A program made the translations under genes and the position numbers. From a virus (lineage: Duplodnaviria; Caudoviricetes), in IMG/VR virus record IMGVR_UViG_3300032227_000570, positions 1-64,000 of that record: 64,000 nucleotides of DNA. The stretch is one strand, 5' to 3'. Shown in pieces: positions 26,564 to 36,117 of the stretch (position 1 is the stretch's first letter; each line of letters starts with the position of its first letter). The notes beneath the pieces are model-generated. The model did not search any database, had not been told where the DNA came from, and saw nothing but the letters and a program-made list of their open reading frames with translations.

Positions 26564-28081
26564 CTACTCAAGACTTTGTTGAATGATTTTGGTGGTCTCT
26601 GCTTCGCTCAAACCACCGTTAGGGAGGTCTTTTAGAGCCTGTGCTCTGTCACCAAAAATGGCTGAAAGTACCCCTCCTGACGACTGCCTTTCGGCAGTGA
26701 TTCTAATGAACTCTCGGTTCTCTTCCAACTCTTTCATGCCCTTAACGAGTTTGAAAAGACGGTCAATTTCCTGCGATGTGTTGGGGTCAGGGTAACCGCC
26801 ATTGAGTTCTTCTGCAAAGCGAGAAAACGCAACTCTTGCTCCCTGCATCTCAATAACAGTGTTTAACAGGGCTTTTAGTTGGTCTTTGGTCTTAACCTCA
26901 ACTGGAAGGTTGAAGGCACAAGTGTTCTGTGGTTTGAAGGCTGGACAGTTGGCGGCGACAAAGCAAGTGTCACATTGTCTTAAAGAAGCCCCTGTGCTTT
27001 GCACCATTGGAACGTCTTTGAGGACCTCGTTACCCTCATCATCTACATCCACAATGGTCTTCATCTTGTAGCCAAAAACAGGGAGGCTTGTAACCTCTTC
27101 AGGGTCTCTTTCAACCAACTTTTTAGGCTCTTCTACTGCAGATTGTTTCCGCATCTCAAGGTCACTGTTATCAGAAGGGTCACCCCATGTTTCCGCAAAA
27201 GTACTCATAAGGGGTGTATCGCTGTTATCAGATAATAGGGAGTCTTTCCCACCATCTACAACGTGCAAATCAGGGCGTTTCTTGTCCATTGACTTCTCCA
27301 ACTGTTGGTATGACCAGACTGCTACTTTAGAGGATTCGACCCCATCGTTCTGTAGGAACTTCTCGAAGTCTAGTCCTGCTTTACTAATTACGGCTTTGTA
27401 TCTAGGTCTTGCTTGAGCCATCATCTTCTTTGGATAACGGACAACCTGCTTGCCATCCCAAATGATGGTTTCCCCATTACGCATAGGACTGAGCCAAGAC
27501 AGGGTGGTAGAGGTGGTGAAAGGTATCTGACGGAGGTTGTCAGGCTTGGCAGAGCCTAGGGCATGGAAGCGTGTTCCCTGCTGGGAAACAAGTGCTCTAG
27601 TGACCCCTGCAAGGCTCGTAGAAGCCTCAATAGAGGCGTGGGGTATAGCCACGTTTCGGTAGGTCTTAGACCACTCTCTGAGGCTCTGAAGCCCGTAGGA
27701 GTCGTGCCAGACTACCCAGAGTTTGGGGTCGTGCTCAAAGAAGGCTCTTTGCTGAAGTACCCAGTCCAACCCCATGATTTGGGAGTCAATCTCCACAAAG
27801 CCAGAGATGCGTTCCAGGTTGTTAGCCACGAACTCTTGGTACTCGGCAGCAAAAGAAGTTATCTCTTCTTTAGAAGCCCCTGAACCTTCTAATTGGTGAA
27901 TACCTGAGTCAAGTACTACCTGGACCCCGTCCTGGAAGTGTTCAGAAACGAGCCATAACTTGTTCTTTGGAAGGTACCGTTTCTTAAGAGCATAGAAGGA
28001 GAACCCCATAACTTCTACAGACATTGCCTCTAGAAGTGTGCGGTTACTGCCAACCTCGGCCCCACCATAAATGATTCTCAT
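26564..28081 (-). CDS. tRNA-guanine transglycosylase (TGT/DpdA)-like barrel fused to a Cys4 domain
   Basis: VLDSG, VEID, VVWH, FHALG, degenerate xxxSW; C-terminal CDTC...CP...C. Confidence 0.55.
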   Translation of the reverse strand: MRIIYGGAEVGSNRTLLEAMSVEVMGFSFYALKKRYLPKNKLWLVSEHFQDGVQVVLDSGIHQLEGSGASKEEITSFAAEYQEFVANNLERISGFVEIDSQIMGLDWVLQQRAFFEHDPKLWVVWHDSYGLQSLREWSKTYRNVAIPHASIEASTSLAGVTRALVSQQGTRFHALGSAKPDNLRQIPFTTSTTLSWLSPMRNGETIIWDGKQVVRYPKKMMAQARPRYKAVISKAGLDFEKFLQNDGVESSKVAVWSYQQLEKSMDKKRPDLHVVDGGKDSLLSDNSDTPLMSTFAETWGDPSDNSDLEMRKQSAVEEPKKLVERDPEEVTSLPVFGYKMKTIVDVDDEGNEVLKDVPMVQSTGASLRQCDTCFVAANCPAFKPQNTCAFNLPVEVKTKDQLKALLNTVIEMQGARVAFSRFAEELNGGYPDPNTSQEIDRLFKLVKGMKELEENREFIRITAERQSSGGVLSAIFGDRAQALKDLPNGGLSEAETTKIIQQSLE

Positions 28082-28083
28082 GA

Positions 28084-28575
28084 CTAGTCATCGAATCTAA
28101 ATAAGCCAGCATCGTCTTTAGACTGGTCTAAAGAACGTTTGATGTTTCTTTTGGTGATTACTTCTTCAATGTCTGTCCAGGCCCGCATCTTCTTAGGAGC
28201 ATCTGGGCGATTTTGTACAAGCATGGTGTCTGGGTGGGCTAACACTAAAGAAGGTAGCCCCTGCTCAAATGCCCATGCTGCTAACTTTGGGTCACCAGTA
28301 ACCAGCAGTTCTACCTGTTGTCTTGACCGTGCAACGGTAATTTGGCGTTGAGATAACTCATCACCAATAAGGTCGTAGGTGTTGTCTATAAGTTCATCGT
28401 AGGCAATAAACCCATTTACGTTTAACCAATGCTCTGCGTCTGTTCGTTTTTGAGAGGTAAAGATAGCCACTCTATGGTTTGGCTTAAATCCGTAATAAAC
28501 CATAGCCCCCACTCTGCTAGGAGTGTCGTTGTGAGCAGAACTAAGTACGCCTTCTAATGCTACGAGTATGTTCAA
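28084..28575 (-). CDS. degenerate HAD-fold protein
   Basis: ILVALEGVL in place of hhhDxDGVL; WL..NGF..YD. Confidence 0.5.
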   Translation of the reverse strand: MNILVALEGVLSSAHNDTPSRVGAMVYYGFKPNHRVAIFTSQKRTDAEHWLNVNGFIAYDELIDNTYDLIGDELSQRQITVARSRQQVELLVTGDPKLAAWAFEQGLPSLVLAHPDTMLVQNRPDAPKKMRAWTDIEEVITKRNIKRSLDQSKDDAGLFRFDD

Positions 28576-28576
28576 G

Positions 28577-29518
28577 TTATCTGCCTGTTCTGTACATCGC
28601 TGCTCTACGAATAAGGGTTTGGGTATCTGGAAGTGTCACGCCGTAAGTTTCTGACTCAACATCTTCTTTAAATGAGTCGTAATACTCTTTCAATCTTCTT
28701 AATGCGGCAACAGTTCCAAGACGCTTTCCTGCTTGCCAACGATAGTTATAGAAGTCTCCGTAACCTTCACCAGATTCAGAGAACGCTCTCTTGCGGCTGC
28801 TGTGGATGTCATCCCATAAAGCAGTTGCTTGTTCTAAAGAAGTTAGCAACATGTGTTCAGCATTGCGTCTTGCTGCTGGATTCTGTGCTCCTTCTAAAGC
28901 AGCACTTGCTTGTGAGTAACGAGCAGCAATCTCAACGGCTTTCTGATGGTCTCTATGTGCTGCTTCTTCCCATGCAGGAACAGGGCGACCTTGAGCATTT
29001 GGGTCAGGATGAACTGTCCATTCGTTGTGTGTTAAGTCGTATGCTGCGTAAGGCTTAATGATTCTAATGTCTGTAGCACCTGGATTTACATAGAAGGTAA
29101 CTTCAAACCCTTCCCAGTTTTTGGTGTCAGGCATTAAACCTCTACGGAAATCTTCGTTGAGCATCTTGCTGATTTCGTTATCAGTTAATCCACTGTAATC
29201 TAAATTGGCTTTTCTGAAGGTAACGTAATCAACGCCAACTAAAACATCTAAGTCACCAGGCTCACGTTGTACATGCCATTGGTAAGAAACCGCAGAACCT
29301 GCAAGCCAAGTTGTTGCCCATGCTTCTGGGTTGCTGTATGTCTTTTCTAAGAAACCATGCAACATGCGTAACAATGCGTTGCGTACCCATGACTTTATTT
29401 TTGCACCATCAAACAAAGTTGGGTCAAGTGTTGATTCAGGCTTGCTGAAATACGAAGTGGTTGACTCTGCCAAAGTGACTGAGCCAACCACCCGATTCAA
29501 AGCATCGTTACGGTTCAT
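28577..29518 (-). CDS. Pol-beta superfamily nucleotidyltransferase
   Basis: LAGSAVSYQW...GDLDVLV...EVTFYV...AYDL..NEW; leaderless TAAACT-N6-ATG. Confidence 0.8.
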   Translation of the reverse strand: MNRNDALNRVVGSVTLAESTTSYFSKPESTLDPTLFDGAKIKSWVRNALLRMLHGFLEKTYSNPEAWATTWLAGSAVSYQWHVQREPGDLDVLVGVDYVTFRKANLDYSGLTDNEISKMLNEDFRRGLMPDTKNWEGFEVTFYVNPGATDIRIIKPYAAYDLTHNEWTVHPDPNAQGRPVPAWEEAAHRDHQKAVEIAARYSQASAALEGAQNPAARRNAEHMLLTSLEQATALWDDIHSSRKRAFSESGEGYGDFYNYRWQAGKRLGTVAALRRLKEYYDSFKEDVESETYGVTLPDTQTLIRRAAMYRTGR

Positions 29519-29527
29519 GCTTTAAGT

Positions 29528-29743
29528 TTACTCGTCATCTTCCTCGTTGAAAGGCTTGATGACTCGTCTTTTAAACTTACGGTGTGCTTCTTGCTCTACA
29601 GCAGGTGGCTTTACGAAACCACACTCTGTATGAGCAGCAGTAAACCGATGTGTGAGATGCCAAACCTGTTCGCTTTCTTTGTCATCTCCTGAAATAGAAA
29701 GGGAACTTTCACAGCCCCCACAGGACATCTCAATAGCAATCAT
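29528..29743 (-). CDS. small Zn-binding protein
   Basis: CGGC...HTEC. Confidence 0.65.
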   Translation of the reverse strand: MIAIEMSCGGCESSLSISGDDKESEQVWHLTHRFTAAHTECGFVKPPAVEQEAHRKFKRRVIKPFNEEDDE

Positions 29744-30069
29744 TAGTCTTCAACAACCTCAGCATCGGCTGCAAAGTCGACTGTCTTAGAGCCAGCATCA
29801 AATTCAACTCCACGAGCCTTCAAAGCCTCAGCAACCTTGTCACTAACAGTTTGTTCACGTTGGTTTAGAACGCTAAGAACTCCGCCAATTACACGGTCTG
29901 CTAGTAGTTGTGATTCGATATCTTGTGAAATTTCACGGCACACCTTGTAGATGTCAAAAGTGTTTGGAAGACGAAGTGCTTCCAAGCCATCTTCTGGCAT
30001 GTCCTTGTGTGTCTGAATTGTTCCGTCTTCTTGTACCTCAATGATGAAGTAGAAATCAGTTTTTGCCAT
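29743..30069 (-). CDS. hypothetical protein
   Basis: Coupled ORF. Confidence 0.7.
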   Translation of the reverse strand: MAKTDFYFIIEVQEDGTIQTHKDMPEDGLEALRLPNTFDIYKVCREISQDIESQLLADRVIGGVLSVLNQREQTVSDKVAEALKARGVEFDAGSKTVDFAADAEVVED

Positions 30070-30623
30070 TAGTCGTACATTCCCATCAGTTGTCGTTTAC
30101 GTTGGACTACCTTAGCGTGAATTGGACAGAAGTGACAGAGGTAGTTTTTTGGACCGCCTATTTCTGTTGACATACCCAATTCTTTTCTTTCTTTGAGTGT
30201 GTCTGGAAGAAGTCGCTTGCCTTCTGACTGGTAATCAGTACAAGAGTCTTGTGGTCTATTACGGCTCTTCCAACAATTTAATGCGTCTTCGCCAAACTGA
30301 CTCTTGGTGTCATAAAACGAGTCATCAATTTCGGCAAGACCTTTGGAGCCTCCACCTTTTATCTGCCTAATTGTGTCTTTTCTAGTCTCAGTATCTTTCC
30401 ACACTTTAACTGGCACAATAAATAGCAAACCCTTGTGCTCATCACCTGAAGGAAAACGATGATTTTCACAAGCAATTTGTAAAAGGTGGTCTTGTTCTGG
30501 AGGTCCACTATAAGGAGGCAGTTCTTCTATAGAAGAACACACCATGCAATAAAGAACTCTAAGTACTGGCCCTGTGTTCTTATCATCTGGTTGACGAGAC
30601 CCCAATAGAGGGATATTAGACAT
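30069..30623 (-). CDS. Zn-binding hypothetical protein
   Basis: CMVC..H..H and C..C..CHFC; aaggag RBS. Confidence 0.7.
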   Translation of the reverse strand: MSNIPLLGSRQPDDKNTGPVLRVLYCMVCSSIEELPPYSGPPEQDHLLQIACENHRFPSGDEHKGLLFIVPVKVWKDTETRKDTIRQIKGGGSKGLAEIDDSFYDTKSQFGEDALNCWKSRNRPQDSCTDYQSEGKRLLPDTLKERKELGMSTEIGGPKNYLCHFCPIHAKVVQRKRQLMGMYD

Positions 30624-30665
30624 GTTGTGCTCCTTGTTGTGTTACCTACAGCCTAGCAGATTAAA

Positions 30666-31001
30666 TTAAGAGTTCCAGAGTTCCTGGTCTCTTGCTGAAT
30701 CATGGGCTGTTGTGAACTCTCCTTTGAGAGCACGGCGAACTACGCCTTGCTGACGTGAGGTTGTCTGGCTGTACTTAACGTCTGGAACATGCCATCCGTG
30801 AGTTTCTGAGTGCCATGCAATAGGTGTTGAGTAAGAAGACACAACATAATTAGGGTTGTGCTCTACATAAGCGTCTTGGTGTTCCTTTGGAAGTTGTCCA
30901 AAAGTACCTGGTCGGTCTCCACCTTGAATATTTGAGCCTTGAAACTTTTCTTTATTGGCGATTGCCTCGCCCATGTTCTTTAGGTTGGTCTTTTTAGGCA
31001 T
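30666..31001 (-). CDS. conserved phage protein ending DQELWNS
   Basis: YVVSSYSTPIAW...KYSQTTSRQQ motif. Confidence 0.7.
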   Translation of the reverse strand: MPKKTNLKNMGEAIANKEKFQGSNIQGGDRPGTFGQLPKEHQDAYVEHNPNYVVSSYSTPIAWHSETHGWHVPDVKYSQTTSRQQGVVRRALKGEFTTAHDSARDQELWNS

Positions 31002-31208
31002 TTACTTACCTGGGTTGACCATGTTTGGATGCTCAGTTGTGACGAATCCATAGTTAAAGAATGGGTGAAGTGACTGACGGTTTTCCATAGTGATTTCGTC
31101 ACCAGAACCAGGCATAACCTCAGTATCTGGACGAGCCTTACGGTACTTACCGTCTGTAGCCCCATCATTGAGGGACTTGTTCATTGAACGTGATGAATTA
31201 ACAGCCAT
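31002..31208 (-). CDS. hypothetical protein
   Basis: Coupled ORF. Confidence 0.65.
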   Translation of the reverse strand: MAVNSSRSMNKSLNDGATDGKYRKARPDTEVMPGSGDEITMENRQSLHPFFNYGFVTTEHPNMVNPGK

Positions 31209-32119
31209 TACATTGCCACCTGTGCGTTCTTCTTAACCTGGTTAGAAAGTGGAACAATGTTTCCACCAGTTGATGGAGTTGCTGGAAGAGTTTGAATTTT
31301 TGCTGGGGTGTTTGACTTGTATGGCAAGGTCTGAACGTTTGGCTTTGATGCAATCTTACCTGCACCCTTTGCCATACCTGTTGCAGCACCACCAGCAGCG
31401 GGCTTTGAAGCCTTTGCTACGGTACCAAGTCCCTTAGCAGCCTTAGCACCACCGATTGCAGCACCTGCTCCTGCACCTAATGGTCCAGCCTTCATAACAC
31501 CTTTTGCAGCACCACCGATTGCACCACCAGCAATTTTACCAGCAGCAGCACCTGCGTTAGTTTTTGCAAGTCCCTTAGCAAGACCAGCAGCACCACCAAT
31601 AGCAGCACCCATAGGGCTTCCACCACTTCGTGCAGCACCAAGTGCAGCACCACCAATAGCACCAGCAGCAATACCACCAGCAATACCAGCAGCACCGCCA
31701 AATTGCTTCTTGCTAATGTTTGGGCTTACGTCATTTCCTATTTTGTTTAATGCTTTGCTTCCGTACTTTGCTCCACCAGCAACTGATACGCCAGGAAGAA
31801 CTGCTCCGCCAATACCTCCGCCAATTGCACCAACAACGCTTCCAATCTTTCCAAGGAGCGTGTTACCTGCTTTAGCACCACCACGTGGCTTGTTTCCTGC
31901 AGGAGACATACCTGCACCACGTCCACCACCAGGTCCTAGGTTAACTGTTGTACCTGACCAAATCTTATTTCCATTGTCGTACTTTGAATCACTAGCAAAC
32001 TTTGGATTGTTCTTGCGAATCTCAGCAAGGGATGTGTTGTTTGCTTTAGCAATACCTGACAGAGTGTCACCTTTTTTAACAGTGTACTGACCAGGGGTCT
32101 TCTTATTGGTTGCTGCCAT
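31208..32119 (-). CDS. LysM-domain protein with Gly/Ala-rich glycine-zipper tail
   Basis: YTVKKGDTLSGIAKANNTSLAEIRKNNP...I.SG. Confidence 0.85.
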   Translation of the reverse strand: MAATNKKTPGQYTVKKGDTLSGIAKANNTSLAEIRKNNPKFASDSKYDNGNKIWSGTTVNLGPGGGRGAGMSPAGNKPRGGAKAGNTLLGKIGSVVGAIGGGIGGAVLPGVSVAGGAKYGSKALNKIGNDVSPNISKKQFGGAAGIAGGIAAGAIGGAALGAARSGGSPMGAAIGGAAGLAKGLAKTNAGAAAGKIAGGAIGGAAKGVMKAGPLGAGAGAAIGGAKAAKGLGTVAKASKPAAGGAATGMAKGAGKIASKPNVQTLPYKSNTPAKIQTLPATPSTGGNIVPLSNQVKKNAQVAM

Positions 32120-32151
32120 GGTTTTTCCTTTTCCTATAGGTAGTGAGATTA

Positions 32152-33030
32152 TTACTCACCACGGCCTACTTTGTATGCCTGAATTCGGGCTTTTCTTTTC
32201 TCTGAATTTGCTGCATCTGCATCTGAGCGGATTTGGGCTATTTCCCCTGCCCCAGCAAGCCTGTCTTTGGCTGCACTCTTGGCAGCGGCTATTGTCTGTG
32301 GGTCTCCTTGGGTGTGGACCAGATGATGGTGGATACCCAGGATGCTTCCCAATTGATGGTCTCCAGCAGCGATAGTTGCGTGTACCTCATGGAAACTTGT
32401 TTGATGAACCAAGTACTCAGGGTTTCCACGAGTAGCGTCCATGCGGTCTAAATGTGTGTGTGCTTGCTTTACTAACCCTCTTAGCAAATCAACTCGTACA
32501 GCAGCACCAGTTCGTTTAGCAGTAGCATCTCTAACAATTCTTGTCTTTGGTGCTGCTTCTGGTCTTACTACAGGAGCATCAGGAAGTGCGGTTGTTCGTG
32601 CTGCTTTTACATCTTCTTGAGTTACTTTACGAACAGTGCCTTCGCCTGTACCAACTAAACGTCCTGCTTTAGGAGTAACTACTTTTCCTGTTTTTCTATC
32701 AATCTTTTTACCACTACGAGTTCTGCTTCTCTTCTTTTGTGGTTGAGATGGCAGCATTTTTGGGTCAGTAGTGTTACCAACAAAATTAGGCTTATCCAAT
32801 GGTCCTGGTGCTACAGGTGCTTTAGGAAACGGTCTTCCACGAACCTTTTTAGGTTCAACAGGTGCAGCAGGTGCAGGTGCTGGTCGTTCAGCAGCAGTCT
32901 TTGCTGCAATTCTTTTTTCTTCAGATGCACGTGCAGATTCTAATGCTGCTGCTGTTTCTCTATCAATCTCGGCTGAACGTTCAGGAGTCATTCCTACTCT
33001 TTGAACAGGGTCTTTTTTCTTACGTGCCAT
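32152..33030 (-). CDS. basic low-complexity protein
   Basis: ORF track; coupled. Confidence 0.7.
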   Translation of the reverse strand: MARKKKDPVQRVGMTPERSAEIDRETAAALESARASEEKRIAAKTAAERPAPAPAAPVEPKKVRGRPFPKAPVAPGPLDKPNFVGNTTDPKMLPSQPQKKRSRTRSGKKIDRKTGKVVTPKAGRLVGTGEGTVRKVTQEDVKAARTTALPDAPVVRPEAAPKTRIVRDATAKRTGAAVRVDLLRGLVKQAHTHLDRMDATRGNPEYLVHQTSFHEVHATIAAGDHQLGSILGIHHHLVHTQGDPQTIAAAKSAAKDRLAGAGEIAQIRSDADAANSEKRKARIQAYKVGRGE

Positions 33031-33230
33031 TATGCCATCCGATTCTTTAGACGACGAGCACTATGCTGTGAGAAACACTCTGCACACATACCCTTGCTGT
33101 ACATTGCTTCTGTTGGGTTCATGATTAACCCACATGTTGGGCATGGGTGTGAGCCGTTGTAATTCATAATGTTATTTACAACAGTCTTTGCTTGCATTTC
33201 AAGAGGAAATGCTCCGCCTTCCATATCCAT
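33030..33230 (-). CDS. Zn-ribbon protein
   Basis: CPTCG...MCAEC. Confidence 0.7.
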   Translation of the reverse strand: MDMEGGAFPLEMQAKTVVNNIMNYNGSHPCPTCGLIMNPTEAMYSKGMCAECFSQHSARRLKNRMA

Positions 33231-33592
33231 TAGTTGGCTCCTAAATCATTACGTGATGAACCTGAGAACTCACCGACACCACCTGAGAACCAAGAAATAC
33301 GAGGCTCTACGTAGTTACGGTCAATAGAAACGATATCGTCAATGCCAAAAGCACGACGGTCATACCCGTACTTTTCTGGAAATAATCTGATTTGTGGCAG
33401 CGGTGGACGTACCATTTTAGAGATTTCAGCACCTGGAATGTTCATAACCATTAGGGCTTGAGAGGTTAACTTCTCCATGTTGCTTGTCCATGGTCCGTTG
33501 TACTGCCAACGCTTTGCTACCTGGTCAGGTTGAAATGGTGGACGTTGATTCCATGGCTTGCGTCCGTAAACGCCATCTGGTTTTTGTGTCAT
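33230..33592 (-). CDS. hypothetical protein
   Basis: Coupled ORF. Confidence 0.7.
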   Translation of the reverse strand: MTQKPDGVYGRKPWNQRPPFQPDQVAKRWQYNGPWTSNMEKLTSQALMVMNIPGAEISKMVRPPLPQIRLFPEKYGYDRRAFGIDDIVSIDRNYVEPRISWFSGGVGEFSGSSRNDLGAN

Positions 33593-33593
33593 G

Positions 33594-34127
33594 CTATCTC
33601 CAAGATGGTCTCATGTTTAGGAGTCGAGAGTTATTTGCTTTTGCATACAAAACTCCTGGCTCATCTGCACGTTTGTTGGTTTTACCGTCGTTAACTAGAT
33701 GTGGTGCAGGAGTTAATTCAACTTCTGGTTTATTTCTTTCTGAATAATATACAACCACACCACGGCTGGCATCCAATTGAGATTTCATCTGACGTGAGAT
33801 TCCACGGGTGGGTTGTAATTCTGAGGGCCAGTAATACTGGGCTGCGTCAACTCGTTCACCTTTGTGAACTCCACGTTGGTACGCCTTTTTATTTAAATTG
33901 TTTTTTAATGAGTCTAATAGTCTGTCATCACGACGACGTGTTGTTAAAGAACCTAGGTATCCATCTGGATACTCTGCAGAAGGTACACGACCTACACCAA
34001 GGCGTTGGAAATCTAGGTTAGAACGTACGGATGGACCGCCGTAATCACCTTGATTGTTGTAGCCATTAAGACCACCAGCACCTAGTGACTGCCAGTCTTG
34101 GTTAGGCGACATGTTGCCTAGTGCCAT
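33594..34127 (-). CDS. hypothetical (possible virion) protein
   Basis: PSAEYPDGYLG...YQRGVHKGER. Confidence 0.7.
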   Translation of the reverse strand: MALGNMSPNQDWQSLGAGGLNGYNNQGDYGGPSVRSNLDFQRLGVGRVPSAEYPDGYLGSLTTRRRDDRLLDSLKNNLNKKAYQRGVHKGERVDAAQYYWPSELQPTRGISRQMKSQLDASRGVVVYYSERNKPEVELTPAPHLVNDGKTNKRADEPGVLYAKANNSRLLNMRPSWR

Positions 34128-34747
34128 TAGTTACCTGTACCTCTTAGACGTTCGACACGGTTCTTGTTAATAGTTCTTAGTACTTCGCCATAAGTAACTG
34201 GCTGACCGTTTAGGTGTCCACCGACTTTGTCCCAGTCTTTGTTTGCGTACTGGTTCTTTGTAAATGAACCACGTCCACCCTTCATATCCATAGCACCTGG
34301 CTGATAATTAGGGTCAACATCGTTCTTACCTAAGTCTGCTGTGTGGAATAAGACATCTCCACCATGTGGACCAACAGTTGCACCTTTGCGGTTAACTGGT
34401 GTGTGAGGCAATGCGTATGCAGCCTCTTGCTTCTCTGATTCACCCATTGCTTGTGATTCTTTAGGTGTCTTTACTTGTACAGACAAATCCTGTGTGTAGT
34501 GCTCTGGCTCGTTCTTCCATGCACCATGGAATGCACCTTGATTGCCCTTTACCTTTGCAGCGTGTTCTGCCTGATATGACGACAACTGCTCTGAGGTTGC
34601 TGGAAGTGGTGTGCGTTTTTCTGCACCATCAAATGCAGTCATAAATCCACGACCTTGAGGGGCTTCACCTGTGGTGAGGTTCATGGAACCGCCACCCTCT
34701 TTAGGGTTGTTGATGTGTGCAGCAAACTGCTCGTTGTTTAATTCCAT
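34127..34747 (-). CDS. hypothetical protein (N-terminal LNNEQF motif)
   Basis: ORF track; aggag RBS. Confidence 0.7.
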   Translation of the reverse strand: MELNNEQFAAHINNPKEGGGSMNLTTGEAPQGRGFMTAFDGAEKRTPLPATSEQLSSYQAEHAAKVKGNQGAFHGAWKNEPEHYTQDLSVQVKTPKESQAMGESEKQEAAYALPHTPVNRKGATVGPHGGDVLFHTADLGKNDVDPNYQPGAMDMKGGRGSFTKNQYANKDWDKVGGHLNGQPVTYGEVLRTINKNRVERLRGTGN

Positions 34748-34799
34748 GCTCCTATGGTCTACTCTAGACCTGTGTTTGTCTTAGTAAAAGGAGCGGTAA

Positions 34800-34982
34800 A
34801 TGGCTGAACCAACCCACCACGTGGCTATTGCAGTTGTTACTGACCTGACATTTCAAGCCGTTTGCAATCCCACAAAATGTGGATGGGTTGGTTCAGTTAC
34901 CGATAAATCTATGGCTGAGTTTGAGCGGGAGATGCACTACTTACAAATTCTTGACCTTGGTACAGAGCAGCCCCGTCAATAA
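34800..34982 (+). CDS. small Zn-finger-like protein, antisense island
   Basis: aaaggag RBS; C...CGW...H; converges on and overlaps the phosphoesterase end. Confidence 0.5.
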   Translation: MAEPTHHVAIAVVTDLTFQAVCNPTKCGWVGSVTDKSMAEFEREMHYLQILDLGTEQPRQ

Positions 34983-36117
34983 TATGTACAAGTTCAACTG
35001 AGAAACGACCTGTCTCTTCGTTGTACCAAACAACAGCAATACCTTGCTGCCAGTTCTCCCAATGTTTTCCTGGCTTACCGTCAGCACTGACACCTGAGTT
35101 AACAGATGGAACAGCACCATCTACACGACATAAACAACCTGGAGATACAGCAACGCTACGGATTGGACCATCTTGGTCGTAGGTAGTCTTGTACTGCAAC
35201 TCTTGACGGTGAATGTGACCGAAGATAGTTGATAGGTGCGGTGTGTCGTTTGTATAGGCTGCAGCAGTTGAGCCATTGCTTCGTACCTTTGTTCCGTGCA
35301 TTGCACGTAGGTATTTGCCTAACCAAATCTGTGAATCAAGTGACGGGTACTTGTCGTAAAACTCTACGTTTAGTTCCTTTAAACACAATAGGTTTTGAAC
35401 GCTAAGTACAGGGTCTCCATCTAACGCATCAGCCTTCTTTAATCCGTATGACGCTTTGCCATTACGAAATGCGTACAGGCTTAGACGGTCATCGTGGTTA
35501 CCCTCCAGTAGAGCAATACGAGCATCTGGAGCAATAGCACGTTGCTTTGCTAAGAACTCGTATCCATAGTTAATTGCCAACTGTGTGGTGTTAGCAAACG
35601 ATGGCTCTTGTGCAAATCGTGAGTGTTCTGGAAGGTCTAGGTAATCACCAAGGTTGATGATGTCATCGACTCCGTATGTTTCCTGAACGTAAGCAGTAAT
35701 CTGCAATGCAACATCGATGGCTGCTAAATCGTGGAATGGGTCTAGTGTTCCGTCTTCGTAACGACGGTAACCAATCTGTGGGTCAGGCAAAATAACTGCA
35801 CACTTCAACTTTGTCTTTGTCTTATCGTGACGAGTTGGTGTCCAATCCAGTTTGACCTCTACTGGGTCTGCCTGTCGTAGTGGTTCGTAACCTTCCCATG
35901 CAGGATGAATTACATACTTGTAACCCTCAAGGTCGTGAACAGTTGCGTTTCCTTCTTCATCCTTTGTAACAGTCTGATAGGTAGAAACGCTAACCTTTGA
36001 GATACGTCCCATATCTTCTGGGTCTAATCCCTGCTTTTCTAGAAGTTCTTGAACTTTTTTGCGTTGCTGTATATCTGCAACCTCATTTTTAAACTCATCA
36101 CTTAGCGACATGCACAT
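34909..36117 (-). CDS. calcineurin-like metallophosphoesterase
   Basis: PDPQ, LGDYLD, EGNHD, MHG, FGHIH. Confidence 0.85.
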   Translation of the reverse strand: MCMSLSDEFKNEVADIQQRKKVQELLEKQGLDPEDMGRISKVSVSTYQTVTKDEEGNATVHDLEGYKYVIHPAWEGYEPLRQADPVEVKLDWTPTRHDKTKTKLKCAVILPDPQIGYRRYEDGTLDPFHDLAAIDVALQITAYVQETYGVDDIINLGDYLDLPEHSRFAQEPSFANTTQLAINYGYEFLAKQRAIAPDARIALLEGNHDDRLSLYAFRNGKASYGLKKADALDGDPVLSVQNLLCLKELNVEFYDKYPSLDSQIWLGKYLRAMHGTKVRSNGSTAAAYTNDTPHLSTIFGHIHRQELQYKTTYDQDGPIRSVAVSPGCLCRVDGAVPSVNSGVSADGKPGKHWENWQQGIAVVWYNEETGRFSVELVHIIDGAALYQGQEFVSSASPAQTQP

